From positions 66,470 through 130,469 of the forward strand of contig CAUHSG010000003.1 of the NCBI GenBank assembly GCA_959608885.1: a stretch of DNA of 64,000 nucleotides, in the 5' to 3' direction. Shown piece after piece: positions 45,436 to 57,698 of the stretch. This DNA comes from an uncultured Coriobacteriia bacterium. Its GTDB lineage: Bacteria; Actinomycetota; Coriobacteriia; Coriobacteriales; QAMH01. Position 1 is the stretch's first letter; each line of letters opens with the position of its first letter. Made by a program: the position numbers and the translations under genes. The notes under the pieces were generated by a model that made no database searches, was not told the DNA's origin, and saw nothing but the letters and a program-made list of their open reading frames with translations.

Positions 45436-47271
45436 ATGGCTCTTTCGCTGTATCGCAAGTATCGTCCCGAGGTGTTCGCCGACGTCGTTGGCCAGGAGCA
45501 TGTCGAGAAGACGCTCGTCAACGCCATCTCGGAGGGCGCGGTCGCCCATGCGTACCTGTTCTGCGGGCCACGCGGAACGGGCAAGACCACGTCGGCGCGC
45601 CTGCTCGCCAAGGCGCTTCTGTGCGAGTCGGCTCAAAACGGCCAACCCGACGGCACCTGTCCGCAGTGTCTCGAAATCGCGCAGGGCACGCATCCCGACG
45701 TCTTCGAGCTCGACGCCGCGAGTCGCACGGGTGTCGATAACGTGCGCGAAGAGATTATCGGGCGCGTCGGGTTCGCTCCGACGCGCGGTCGCTTCAAGGT
45801 CTACATCATCGACGAGGTGCACATGCTGTCGACGGCGGCGTTCAATGCGCTGCTCAAGACGCTCGAGGAGCCGCCCGAGCATGTCGTCTTCGTGCTGTGC
45901 ACGACCGACCCGCACAAGGTTCCCGAAACCATTCAGTCCCGTTGCCAGCGTTTCGACTTCCGTCGCTTCTCCATCGAGGAGATCGTGGGTTATCTCGAGC
46001 GTATCAGCAAGGGCGAGGGCTTCGAATACGAGCCCGAGGCACTCGAGTTCATCGCCGCCAAGTCCGCCGGCGGCATGCGTGATGCCACGACGGCACTCGA
46101 GCAGGTTGGCGTCTACACCGAGGGCAAGATCACGCTCGACGAGGCCACGCGCATGTTCGGCCAGATCGACATCGCGGCACTCTTCGAGATAGCGGGATAC
46201 ATCGCGCGGCGCGATACGCCGTCGTGCTTCGTCTGGATTAACGACCTCGTGGGTCGCGGTGTCGACCTTTCGCAGTTCTCGCGCGACCTTGCGGCGCATC
46301 TGCGCAATCTCTACGTGACCGCCATCACGGGAGGCGATAACGGCATCGTTGCCTGTACGGCTGCACAACTCGAGCGCTACCGACAGCAGGCAGCCGAGTT
46401 CGGCGGCGTCGACCGCCTTGCCCGCGCGCTTGACATATGCGGGTCGCTCGTCGCGGAACTGCGCAACTCGTCGGATGCTCGTTTGAGCGTCGAGGTTGCG
46501 ATGACGCGCCTCACCAGGCCCGATAGCGAGCTCACGCTCGAGGCCCTTGCCGAGCGCATCGAGGCGCTCGAGCTCAGGCCGTCGATGGCGGCAGCGTCGC
46601 AACCCGCTTTCGAGACGGCCCCCACCTCTACCGTGGCAAACGCGGTCGAATCAGAGACTGTTGTTAGTCGCGCTGCGGAGGAGCCTCCCGCTTCGACGCC
46701 CATTGACGACACACCGCCGTGGGAGGACGCAGCCCCCGCGGCCGAGCCGATGCCCATCCCCGAGCCCGAGCCAGCGCCTGCTGCCGAGCCCGTCGTCACT
46801 GTCGCGGCAGCCGACATGTCGCCCGAGCGTCTGCTCGCCGCCCTGCTTTCTGTGGTCAAGCGCGAGGATGCGGCTACGGGCGCGTTGCTCTCGGGCGTTT
46901 CGCTGTCCACGGAGGACGGGCAGTACCAGCTGCTCTTTCCCACGGGCTCCGACTTCCAGATGCGCATCGTTAACGGCCCCGATGCCAAGGCCATCATCAA
47001 CAAGGCCTTTGCCGAGGTGCTTGGTCACGAGGTGCATTTCAGCTGCCAGATCGGGTCGTTCTCGGGGCTCTCCGCCCAGTCGGCGCCACTGACGAGCGAG
47101 CCTCCCATGAGCATCGCCGATGACATCCCGCCGGTAGACGATGGCTATTTCGAGAGCCTGGTTGCCGAGCAATCTGCCGTTCCCGCCGACGAGATGCCCG
47201 CCGACTTTGCCGACGCCCTCTCCGCCTTCGGAGCAGGTGTTAAAGTACACGAGATAAACGACGAGGAATAA
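45436..47271 (+). CDS. dnaX: DNA polymerase III subunits gamma/tau
   Basis: 611 aa. LYRKYRP..F.DVVGQEHV, Walker A GPRGTGKTT, Zn module CESAQNGQPDGTCPQC, box IIDEVHMLS. Confidence 0.93.
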   Translation: MALSLYRKYRPEVFADVVGQEHVEKTLVNAISEGAVAHAYLFCGPRGTGKTTSARLLAKALLCESAQNGQPDGTCPQCLEIAQGTHPDVFELDAASRTGVDNVREEIIGRVGFAPTRGRFKVYIIDEVHMLSTAAFNALLKTLEEPPEHVVFVLCTTDPHKVPETIQSRCQRFDFRRFSIEEIVGYLERISKGEGFEYEPEALEFIAAKSAGGMRDATTALEQVGVYTEGKITLDEATRMFGQIDIAALFEIAGYIARRDTPSCFVWINDLVGRGVDLSQFSRDLAAHLRNLYVTAITGGDNGIVACTAAQLERYRQQAAEFGGVDRLARALDICGSLVAELRNSSDARLSVEVAMTRLTRPDSELTLEALAERIEALELRPSMAAASQPAFETAPTSTVANAVESETVVSRAAEEPPASTPIDDTPPWEDAAPAAEPMPIPEPEPAPAAEPVVTVAAADMSPERLLAALLSVVKREDAATGALLSGVSLSTEDGQYQLLFPTGSDFQMRIVNGPDAKAIINKAFAEVLGHEVHFSCQIGSFSGLSAQSAPLTSEPPMSIADDIPPVDDGYFESLVAEQSAVPADEMPADFADALSAFGAGVKVHEINDEE

Positions 47272-47280
47272 GGAGCCACG

Positions 47281-47601
47281 ATGGCCAAAGGAATGAACCC
47301 GCAGGCAATGCTCAAGCAGGCCCAGAAGATGCAGGCCAAGATCCAGGCCGTGCAGGAGGAGGCCGCACGCGAGACCGTCGAGGCGACGGCCGGCGGCGGC
47401 ATGGTGACCGCGACCGTCTACGGTGACCTGCGCGTGAAGAGCATCGAAATCGATCCCGAGGCACTCGATCCCGAGGATGTCGAGATGCTGCAGGACATGA
47501 TCGTCGCTGCCGTCAACGAGGGTATCGCTGAGGCCCAGGCGATGGTCGACCAGCGCATGGCCTCCGTGACGGGTGGCATGAACATTCCGGGGCTCTTCTA
47601 G
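47281..47601 (+). CDS. YbaB/EbfC-family nucleoid-associated protein
   Basis: 106 aa. MLKQAQKMQAK...GGGMVTATV.G...IEIDPE pattern, located between dnaX and recR. Confidence 0.9.
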   Translation: MAKGMNPQAMLKQAQKMQAKIQAVQEEAARETVEATAGGGMVTATVYGDLRVKSIEIDPEALDPEDVEMLQDMIVAAVNEGIAEAQAMVDQRMASVTGGMNIPGLF

Positions 47602-47607
47602 CTTTCC

Positions 47608-48204
47608 ATGAAGAAGGAAGCGTCCATTCAACATGCGCTCGAGGAGATCGAGCGCATGCCGGGCATTGGCCCCAAGTCCGCGCAGCGCATACTCAACTGG
47701 CTCTTGACCAGCGATGATGAGATTGCACTCGGTATTGCCGAGGCCATCGTCGACGTCAAGAAGGCAATCCACCTGTGCCCGCGTTGCCACAACTTCGCCG
47801 AAGGCGAGATGTGCGCGATTTGCCTGGATTCACAACGCGAGGCTACGGCCATCTGCGTCGTCGCCGAGCCGCGTGATGTCGAGGCAATCGAACGTACGGG
47901 CATGTACGAGGGGCTCTACCACGTTCTCGGCGGCGTTATCAACCCGATGGAGGGCTCGATGCCCGATGACCTGCACATCTCGGACCTCATGGCGCGCTTG
48001 GGCAGCGAGCCTATCGAGGAAGTCCTCGTTGCCACGAATCCCGATGTCGAGGGCGAGACGACGGCGAGTTACCTAGCTCGCCTCATCAAGCCGCTCGACA
48101 TTCGCGTGACGCGTCTGGCCAGCGGTCTTCCCGTGGGCGGCGAGCTCGAATACGCCGACGAGGTCACCCTCGGCCGCGCCATCGAATCGCGCCGCGAGCT
48201 GTAG
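47608..48204 (+). CDS. recR: Recombination protein RecR
   Basis: 198 aa. PGIGPKSAQR HhH, C4 zinc finger CPRCHNF..CAIC, Toprim region ICVVAEPRDV. Confidence 0.93.
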   Translation: MKKEASIQHALEEIERMPGIGPKSAQRILNWLLTSDDEIALGIAEAIVDVKKAIHLCPRCHNFAEGEMCAICLDSQREATAICVVAEPRDVEAIERTGMYEGLYHVLGGVINPMEGSMPDDLHISDLMARLGSEPIEEVLVATNPDVEGETTASYLARLIKPLDIRVTRLASGLPVGGELEYADEVTLGRAIESRREL

Positions 48205-48271
48205 ATTCGCCCACCTGTCACGTTCCCGTTACCGGGCACTGCATCATGCTGGAGTATAATAGTCGCTTACA

Positions 48272-49738
48272 TTGCAAATCCCTGCGCAGCACGCATGCGC
48301 ATGCCAAGCGAAAGAGCAGCACGTGTCAGATCCAAAGGAATCCGAGGTCTTTCAGCACTTCGGCGCATATAGCGGTTATGACCAAAGCTATTACAGTCAC
48401 TTCAACGTCAAGCGCGGGCTGCGCAATGCCGACGGCACGGGTGTCGTCGCCGGCATCACCTCGATATCAAACGTGCATGGCTATCTCACGGACGAGGGTG
48501 TGCGCGTGCCCGACGATGGCCGCCTGACCCTGCGTGGCTACGATATCGAAGACCTCGTCGATGCGGCTGCCGCCGAGGGGCGTCCTGGCTACGAAGAGCT
48601 CGCCTACCTTCTGATTGCGGGCGATCTTCCCAAGCGTGCCGAGCTCGAGCGCTTCAATGCCGCCATCGATGGTTATCGCAATCTGCCGGATGGCTTCGTC
48701 AACAACCTCATCATGAACTATCCGTCCGAAAACGTCATGAACATGATGGCACGCAGCGTGCTCATGCTCTACGCCGCCGATGGAGCAGACGAGATCGACG
48801 CCATAAACAAGCGCCATGAGGTCGAGGTTGCCGTTCAGCTCCTGAGCCGCCTGCCCCGCATCGCCGCGTTGTCTTATCTGGCAAGTCGCCAGCGCACCGT
48901 CGCCGGCAGTCCCATGTACATCAACCCACCAAAACCAGGTCTTTCCACGGCCGAGACCTTCCTCTACATGCTGCGTCACGACATGCAGTACACGGCCGAG
49001 GAAGCCCGCATGCTCGACATCATGCTCATGCTGCATGCCGAGCACGGCGGCGGCAACAACTCGACCTTCACCACGCGCGTGCTCACCTCGAGTGGTACCG
49101 ATGCGTATTCGGCATACGCCGGCGGCATATGCTCGCTCAAGGGTCCGCGTCATGGCGGGGCCAACATCAAGGTGGTCGAGCAACGTCACGACCTCATGGA
49201 GCAGGTGAGCGACCCAGGCGACGAGGGGCAGGTTGCCGATTACCTGCGCCGCGTCCTCAAAAAGGAAGCCTTCGACAATAGCGGTCTCATCTACGGCATG
49301 GGTCATGCCGTCTATACGCTCAGCGACCCGCGCGCGGTCATCTGCAAGAAGTATGCGCGCGAGCTTGCCAATGGCACGGAATACGAGCAGGAGTTCGAGC
49401 TGGTCGAGACCATCGAGCGCCTCACGCCCGAGCTCTTTCAGGAAGCTCGCGGTTCGCGCAAGGCGATTTGCGCCAACATCGACATGTACTCGGGCCTCGT
49501 GTACACGATGCTCGGTATTCCCGAGGAGCTCTATACGCCACTGTTCGCCACGGCGCGCATGGCGGGCTGGGCAGCACACCGCTTCGAGGAAATCGTCGAG
49601 GGCAAGCGCATCATTCGTCCGGCATACAAGGCGATTAACAGTTTGCGTTCGTACATTCCGATGGACCAACGCGAACAGGCGGTGCAAGAGGAAGTCGTCG
49701 AAGAGATTGATCACGCGCAGACGTTCTACAACGACTAG
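48272..49738 (+). CDS. Citrate synthase family protein
   Basis: Catalytic-region motifs LMLHAEHGGGNNSTF and GMGHAVY..DPR. True start may be the in-frame GTG at 48323. Confidence 0.88.
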   Translation: MQIPAQHACACQAKEQHVSDPKESEVFQHFGAYSGYDQSYYSHFNVKRGLRNADGTGVVAGITSISNVHGYLTDEGVRVPDDGRLTLRGYDIEDLVDAAAAEGRPGYEELAYLLIAGDLPKRAELERFNAAIDGYRNLPDGFVNNLIMNYPSENVMNMMARSVLMLYAADGADEIDAINKRHEVEVAVQLLSRLPRIAALSYLASRQRTVAGSPMYINPPKPGLSTAETFLYMLRHDMQYTAEEARMLDIMLMLHAEHGGGNNSTFTTRVLTSSGTDAYSAYAGGICSLKGPRHGGANIKVVEQRHDLMEQVSDPGDEGQVADYLRRVLKKEAFDNSGLIYGMGHAVYTLSDPRAVICKKYARELANGTEYEQEFELVETIERLTPELFQEARGSRKAICANIDMYSGLVYTMLGIPEELYTPLFATARMAGWAAHRFEEIVEGKRIIRPAYKAINSLRSYIPMDQREQAVQEEVVEEIDHAQTFYND

Positions 49739-49774
49739 GCAGACAGGTAACGAGAAGCAAAGGGGCGTGCTCGT

Positions 49775-50413
49775 ATGGCAAAGGAACTGAAGATCGGCAC
49801 GGCAGAAGAGCGTGAGGCGCTGGCTGAGCAAGCCCTCACCGACGAAGATATCGTCGATGCGCTTGCGCAGGAAATCGCCGGATCGAGTAGGATTCGTCGC
49901 CAGAAGGCCGCCGCGACCGTCGCGCTCATCGCCGACAAGGACGCGAGCGTGTTGCTTCCCTTCTCCGATGATATTGCGAGTGGCCTGACCAAACCCGAAG
50001 CCCAGACGCGCTGGGAAGTTCTGCACGCGCTCGACAAGATGGGCAAGGCCGGTCAGCGATATGATGAGGATGTGCTCGTCGCTGCCGAAGACTCGCTCTA
50101 TGACGAGACGAACGGTTTCGTCCGCGAGGCCGCGTTCCATTTCTTCTGCGGTTACGGCAGCGCCTCGGTCGACAATTCCGAGGAAGTCTGGACGCAGATT
50201 GACGAGGCCATCCAGTGCTATCACGGCAACCCCGAGTTCACCGACATGCTCATGCAGCTCGTCGCATTTGCCGAGGGAAACATCTCGCTCACCACCAGTT
50301 CCGCGCTCGCGCAGCGCATGAAGTTCGATTCCGAAAACGCATCGGGCACGCTGCGCATGCGTTCGGAGCAGATCGTCGCCGCTCACAAGAAGCGCCTCGA
50401 ACGAGAGAAATAG
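49775..50413 (+). CDS. Hypothetical protein (helical-repeat-like)
   Basis: 212-aa ORF with an in-context start. Amphipathic helical-repeat appearance. No family recognised. Confidence 0.6.
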   Translation: MAKELKIGTAEEREALAEQALTDEDIVDALAQEIAGSSRIRRQKAAATVALIADKDASVLLPFSDDIASGLTKPEAQTRWEVLHALDKMGKAGQRYDEDVLVAAEDSLYDETNGFVREAAFHFFCGYGSASVDNSEEVWTQIDEAIQCYHGNPEFTDMLMQLVAFAEGNISLTTSSALAQRMKFDSENASGTLRMRSEQIVAAHKKRLEREK

Positions 50414-50434
50414 TCGCTTGTCGTAAGGCGGCGC

Positions 50435-50911
50435 TTAGCGCTGCCGTTTATATACGGGGTGCAGGCTCAGCACCTCCGCAAGCCTGTTGGCGTAGTAGCG
50501 GATTCCGCTTGCCGTGCCGCACTCCTCGCCAACGTTGAGAAGCAGAAGCTCTATGACGTCGCTCCGGCTCTTGAAGAGCATGGGGTATTTGCGAACGAGC
50601 AAATCGAGAAAACCGACCGCACTCACGTCGAGCGTGACGTGAATGTAGCGTGATGCCATGAGATCCGGATCTTTGATTTGGGCAACGATTCTGTTCGCTC
50701 GCAACTTCGCCAGCCCGACGACGAAACTGTCATCGGGCTCTGCAATGTAGACGTGCTCGGATAGGAAGATAATGGTCTCGACGAGCTGGCTCACACTTGC
50801 AAAGGTCATCGTGTCATTCTTGAGAAGCGGCAAGACCGAGGCGAACACATCTTCACTGACGGCAGCTCGAATCGTTTCCTTGGGTTCCTCGCGCTGTGGT
50901 CTTCCGCTCAT
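50435..50911 (-). CDS. Hypothetical protein
   Basis: 158-aa ORF, convergent with the previous gene, in a locally A+T-richer stretch. No family recognised. Confidence 0.55.
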   Translation of the reverse strand: MSGRPQREEPKETIRAAVSEDVFASVLPLLKNDTMTFASVSQLVETIIFLSEHVYIAEPDDSFVVGLAKLRANRIVAQIKDPDLMASRYIHVTLDVSAVGFLDLLVRKYPMLFKSRSDVIELLLLNVGEECGTASGIRYYANRLAEVLSLHPVYKRQR

Positions 50912-51014
50912 GCGTTGTCCTGCCTGCTGGTGCGTGTCATATAGCCGAAGCTAGATGGATTATAGGGCAAGGAGGTGTGTGCACGAAGTGAGGAGAAAGT
51001 CGTCATAGGGGGGA

Positions 51015-51653
51015 TTGAGGCACATGAACATCACATCTGATTCGAGCGGCGCGGTTGTCCTGACCACGCACGAAAGAAAAGGCTATTTCACGTCGATCCT
51101 GGGGGAGGATATAGACCTGCGTTTCAATCCACGTCATGAGGGAACGTTGGAGAACGTGCTTCATAACACGATTGCAGCGGGCGGGAGTCTCGTAATCATC
51201 GACGAGGCGTTCTTCATAGACGTCGACGATATGGCCACGGGGCTCGAGAACTTCTTTCGGCGGGAAAGCCACCCCGAGCGTCTCAAGCTCATCATCGTAT
51301 GCACTCATCGCAAGGTAGGCGATTTTCTCCTCGCCTTTCTCGTCATGTATTGCGGAATCTACAACATCATCTACGGAAAGTCGGGCGTTGATGTGAGCAT
51401 TGGCCTGGACAGGCTCATGAAACGCGACAACACGCGCGCCGATGTTCTGCATCTGGCCGAGGCGGGCTGCTGGCGAGCGGCGAAAATGGCCGAAGCACGT
51501 ACGAACGCCGACGATGCGGCATGTAACGCCCTGATCACGGACGCTCCAGACAAGGAGTGGGGCTTCAAGAAGATAAGTCGAGATGCGTTCATCGACGTCA
51601 AAGGCGTTCGACTCCTGAAGATCCACATTGAAATCAGCTCCGTGACAAGCTAG
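51015..51653 (+). CDS. Hypothetical protein (possible pseudo-receiver/P-loop-less ATPase-like fold)
   Basis: 212-aa ORF. LVIIDEAFF...LKLIIVCTH strand-like pattern hints at a Rossmann-like/receiver-like fold. Speculative. Confidence 0.5.
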   Translation: MRHMNITSDSSGAVVLTTHERKGYFTSILGEDIDLRFNPRHEGTLENVLHNTIAAGGSLVIIDEAFFIDVDDMATGLENFFRRESHPERLKLIIVCTHRKVGDFLLAFLVMYCGIYNIIYGKSGVDVSIGLDRLMKRDNTRADVLHLAEAGCWRAAKMAEARTNADDAACNALITDAPDKEWGFKKISRDAFIDVKGVRLLKIHIEISSVTS

Positions 51654-51851
51654 AAAACCAGGAGCGTCATATTTCACGGTGCGTGAATTTGGCCGGGGAA
51701 GGGGGGGTGAGATACTTGGACTGGGACTTTTGCATTGCCATTCGAAATCATGGTTTGCAAAAAACCATATCTTGCCGAGATGATTTTCTCCAAATGAGAT
51801 AAATGCTGCGAGTACCCTGCTTCCTCGCAAGAGCAATATCGAGGAGTCAAG

Positions 51852-52109
51852 ATGAGCATTGTGATTCCCCCTGCGCCCTCGCACGAGAATGCTTCGGCGG
51901 TGATGGCGCGTCTCGATCGCCTTTCGCGTGACGAGTCTCCGGAAGAGAAAAGCGTTCATGCAGTGCGCCAATCCCGCGCGCTGCTCATCACGTCTTGCGT
52001 TTTGTCCGCAGGCGGCATCTTCTTGCTCATCTGTGCAATCGCGGTTATTTGTACGCCCGACGCGGTGTTTTCCCAAGCTGTCTTCCTCGCATGCAAAAGT
52101 CTGTTCTGA
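51852..52109 (+). CDS. Small membrane protein (hypothetical)
   Basis: 85 aa. GAGGAG upstream. One clear TM helix (LLITSCVLSAGGIFLLICAIAVIC). Ends 15 nt before the large regulator gene. Confidence 0.4.
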   Translation: MSIVIPPAPSHENASAVMARLDRLSRDESPEEKSVHAVRQSRALLITSCVLSAGGIFLLICAIAVICTPDAVFSQAVFLACKSLF

Positions 52110-52124
52110 GGGAGGCGCACGATC

Positions 52125-54875
52125 ATGAACGACAAGATGGAGCTCGATTTCGAGTCGCTTGCGAGCGAGACCGATATTGCGGAGCTTGCGATCGACGCGA
52201 GTCCGCGCCTGGAGTCGCTTGCGGCCAGCCATGTCAAGCGTGACGAACTCATCTCGATGATGCTGCAAGATCGCAATTCCCTGCGCGTCATTGTCGCGCC
52301 GCATGGCTTTGGCAAAACCGAGCTCGCGCGTGAGTATGCGCAACGCCTCTTTCCAGCCGATGCTGTCAGCTTGGTTAACGCCTCGAGTCCCGACTTCCTG
52401 CTCGCGCTTGATAGCGACGATCGCGCGATTCTGCGACGCAATGCCACATCACCGGGGCTCATCATCCTCGATGATCTCCCCTGGCTACACGAGCAACGTG
52501 CCCAGACGCTCTCGCGGTGCATCGACGCCGCTCTCTATGTCGGCATCGAAATCATCGTGACCACAACGCCCTCATGCGACACACTCAGCGTCTTACAGCC
52601 CGACCGCCTCTGCGTACATGCGACGGACTTGCTCGTCACCGAGCAAGAATGCGCACCGCGTCAGGTGACCGAGCAGGACGGAGGAAGTCGTGCATTCGCG
52701 CGGAAGCGATGGAGCGATGCCGGCAAGCTGTTGTTCGGACGCGCGCCATCGGTTATATGGGGAACGAATACGTTTGCGCAGCGCGAATGTCTCAAGGGCC
52801 TGTTTTCCGAGAAGCTTCCCACCAATATCCTGCGCGGCATGTTTGCCATGTTCTTGTTCGAGATGGGCACCATGCGCGACCTCGAGAGCGCGGGGATTGC
52901 GCTCAGGAACGAGGACATTTCCCTGCTCGCGCGCGACTATCCGATCTTTGGTATTGACACGATTTCGGGCGAATTCAAGGTCATGCATTTCGAGCTTGCC
53001 GATTTGAAGCACGCGGTTTTCGCGAACAAGCTCGAGCCGGTCGTGCTCGAGGGCAGCCATGCGTTATCCGAACGCGTTCTCGGCTCGTTGTTCAGGCGTA
53101 ATGACTTGCGACGTGGCTCGGCGGTCATCGATGCGTTCTGCAATGACGAACGGTGTGCGAGCTGGCTCGTCGAGCGTGGTTGGGATTTCCTCGATGCGGG
53201 TGAGACGCACCTCGTCTCGACGCTCCTCGATCGTTGTCCCGAAGCAGCGTATGCTTCGAGCGGCGTGTTGCAGACGATCCATGCTTGGGTTGCCGGCCTT
53301 TCGGGAGATACGCGCGAAGCGTGCCATATCGCACGGCATGTCCTTGCTGCGCGAGAGGAAGCGGGGAAACCCGATGCCGCCAGCGTTGCGTCGCGTGTCG
53401 CGCTTGCAGTCTTTGACGAGAATGCGATGGTCGAGACCAGGCAACGTGAGCTCTCGTCAGAATATGGGCCGTCGTGCGCGATCGATTCTCTCGCAAATGT
53501 GCTCGACATATGCTCGAATGCCGAAATCGCGCGCGCATTTCGTCCCGACGCTTTCGATGGTGACATTAGGTACGAAAAGGCGCGTAGAGCCCCCGGCAAG
53601 CAGCGAGTGCGGCAGCTCATGACGCTGTTTACCGCGCATGCTGGCGCATTCGGGGATTCCCGGGCATTCAGGCTCTCCCTTCACGTGCTTGCCCATGTTG
53701 ATAATTCCGACTTGCGGCATCTTGTTCAGGATCTTGGCTGCGATGCGGTGCTCCGAATGCGCAGATGCGGCGTGACGACGTTTTCCGAGGCAGTGCTCGT
53801 ACGCGACCTGTGGGATACGGGATACTTCGGGTTGGTCGGGCCGGTCATAGACCGGCGTGATGCGAAGGTCCTCGATGGTGCCACGCACATGCTCGAGATG
53901 CTTGCGAGCTACTGTGGGCTCGAGTCCATCCCGATTCCCTGGGAGCTGCGTGGGCTTTCCTCGAACAAAACGGCGGGCATGCCCAAGCCTAACGTCGTCA
54001 GTTCCGGTGTGGACGAGATGTACGTTCGACTGTTTGGCGGGTTCGAGGTGACAGTCGGCGATACGTTCCTGAGCGAGGGGAAGCTGCGCAAGAAGGCCCG
54101 CGCGCTCTTTGCCATGCTCGTGCTCAATCATGGCCGCGACGTTCCCCGCGATGACCTTTTCAAGCAGATATGGCCAGGTCTCTCCCGTACACATGCGCTC
54201 GATAACTTTTACACGATTTGGGGCAATTGCGTTTCGGTTGTGGGCGAGGATCCCTATCTCGAGCGCAACGGCGAGTACTGCCGCATCGATCCACGTTTCG
54301 TGCGTTCGGACGTCGGCGAGTTCGAGCAGCTCACGCGTCACCTGCTCGTCTCCGAGCATGATGCGAATTACCTGCTCGACACCTACGCCAAGATCGAGGT
54401 TCTCTATCGGGGAAGTCTCTTGCCCAGCGAGAAAAACGTGCGGGCTATCAACGCGCAGCGCGATCGATACCGAGCCCTCTATGTCGATGCGATGGTCGCC
54501 GCGACGGATTGCGCACTGCGCGTGCATGATACGCGCATCGCCCTATGGTTTGCGCGCAAGGCCATGGAGGAGGATCAGGCGCGCGAGGATGTGTACCGTG
54601 TGCTCATGAAGGCGCAGATTGCATCAGGACAGCGTTGCCCGGCCATCAAGACCTATCTCGCGTGTCGCGATTATCTGCAGGGCACGCTCGGCCTTGACCC
54701 ATCTATCGAGACGCGTGAGCTGTACAACGCCCTCGTCACGACCGACCCCGAGCTCCTGCGGCTCGAGGCGGCAATCACGCAGAAGACAGTCTGGCATATG
54801 GGAGGCCCTATGCGCGATATGTGGCTTCTATGGGCATGCGCTTGTTCCCCACTCGTTAGGGAGGGCTTGCGTTGA
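52125..54875 (+). CDS. Large regulator: N-terminal P-loop (MalT/STAND-like) NTPase + C-terminal SARP-type winged-helix and BTAD domains
   Basis: 916 aa. Walker A VAPHGFGKTELA and Walker B LIILDDLPW near the N-terminus. The C-terminal ~270 aa read like OmpR/SARP wHTH (VRLFGGFEV...LRKKARALFAMLVLN...R..L...WP) followed by BTAD (YRGSLLP...E.VYRVLMKAQIASGQRCPAIKTYLACRDYL..LGLDPS.ETRELY). Confidence 0.8.
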   Translation: MNDKMELDFESLASETDIAELAIDASPRLESLAASHVKRDELISMMLQDRNSLRVIVAPHGFGKTELAREYAQRLFPADAVSLVNASSPDFLLALDSDDRAILRRNATSPGLIILDDLPWLHEQRAQTLSRCIDAALYVGIEIIVTTTPSCDTLSVLQPDRLCVHATDLLVTEQECAPRQVTEQDGGSRAFARKRWSDAGKLLFGRAPSVIWGTNTFAQRECLKGLFSEKLPTNILRGMFAMFLFEMGTMRDLESAGIALRNEDISLLARDYPIFGIDTISGEFKVMHFELADLKHAVFANKLEPVVLEGSHALSERVLGSLFRRNDLRRGSAVIDAFCNDERCASWLVERGWDFLDAGETHLVSTLLDRCPEAAYASSGVLQTIHAWVAGLSGDTREACHIARHVLAAREEAGKPDAASVASRVALAVFDENAMVETRQRELSSEYGPSCAIDSLANVLDICSNAEIARAFRPDAFDGDIRYEKARRAPGKQRVRQLMTLFTAHAGAFGDSRAFRLSLHVLAHVDNSDLRHLVQDLGCDAVLRMRRCGVTTFSEAVLVRDLWDTGYFGLVGPVIDRRDAKVLDGATHMLEMLASYCGLESIPIPWELRGLSSNKTAGMPKPNVVSSGVDEMYVRLFGGFEVTVGDTFLSEGKLRKKARALFAMLVLNHGRDVPRDDLFKQIWPGLSRTHALDNFYTIWGNCVSVVGEDPYLERNGEYCRIDPRFVRSDVGEFEQLTRHLLVSEHDANYLLDTYAKIEVLYRGSLLPSEKNVRAINAQRDRYRALYVDAMVAATDCALRVHDTRIALWFARKAMEEDQAREDVYRVLMKAQIASGQRCPAIKTYLACRDYLQGTLGLDPSIETRELYNALVTTDPELLRLEAAITQKTVWHMGGPMRDMWLLWACACSPLVREGLR

Positions 54876-54930
54876 CCTGTGCTAAAGTAATATGACGCCA
54901 ATATCGTTCTCGAAAATAAAGGCATGAATC

Positions 54931-57687
<2,757 letters not shown>

Positions 57688-57698
57688 GATAGCGGGAG

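Noticed and set aside
44470-46602. 710-aa minus-strand ORF antisense to the lipoprotein gene, SRP RNA, dedA and dnaX
   Set aside because: It runs through an RNA gene and three plus-strand genes. Arg/Asp/Glu/His-rich shadow ORF.
45436-47271. Programmed -1 frameshift site in dnaX (gamma/tau)
   Set aside because: I did not find an A-AAA-AAG-type slippery heptamer with a downstream hairpin in the relevant part of the gene.
48467-50386. 639-aa minus-strand ORF antisense to citrate synthase and the following gene
   Set aside because: Citrate synthase motifs are on the plus strand. The antisense translation lacks any signature.
51003-52343. 446-aa minus-strand ORF across the orphan-gene region
   Set aside because: It overlaps three plus-strand ORFs that have RBSs and a TM helix, and its sequence is Arg-rich and shadow-like. 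Rejection is less certain here, because the plus-strand genes are themselves unassigned.
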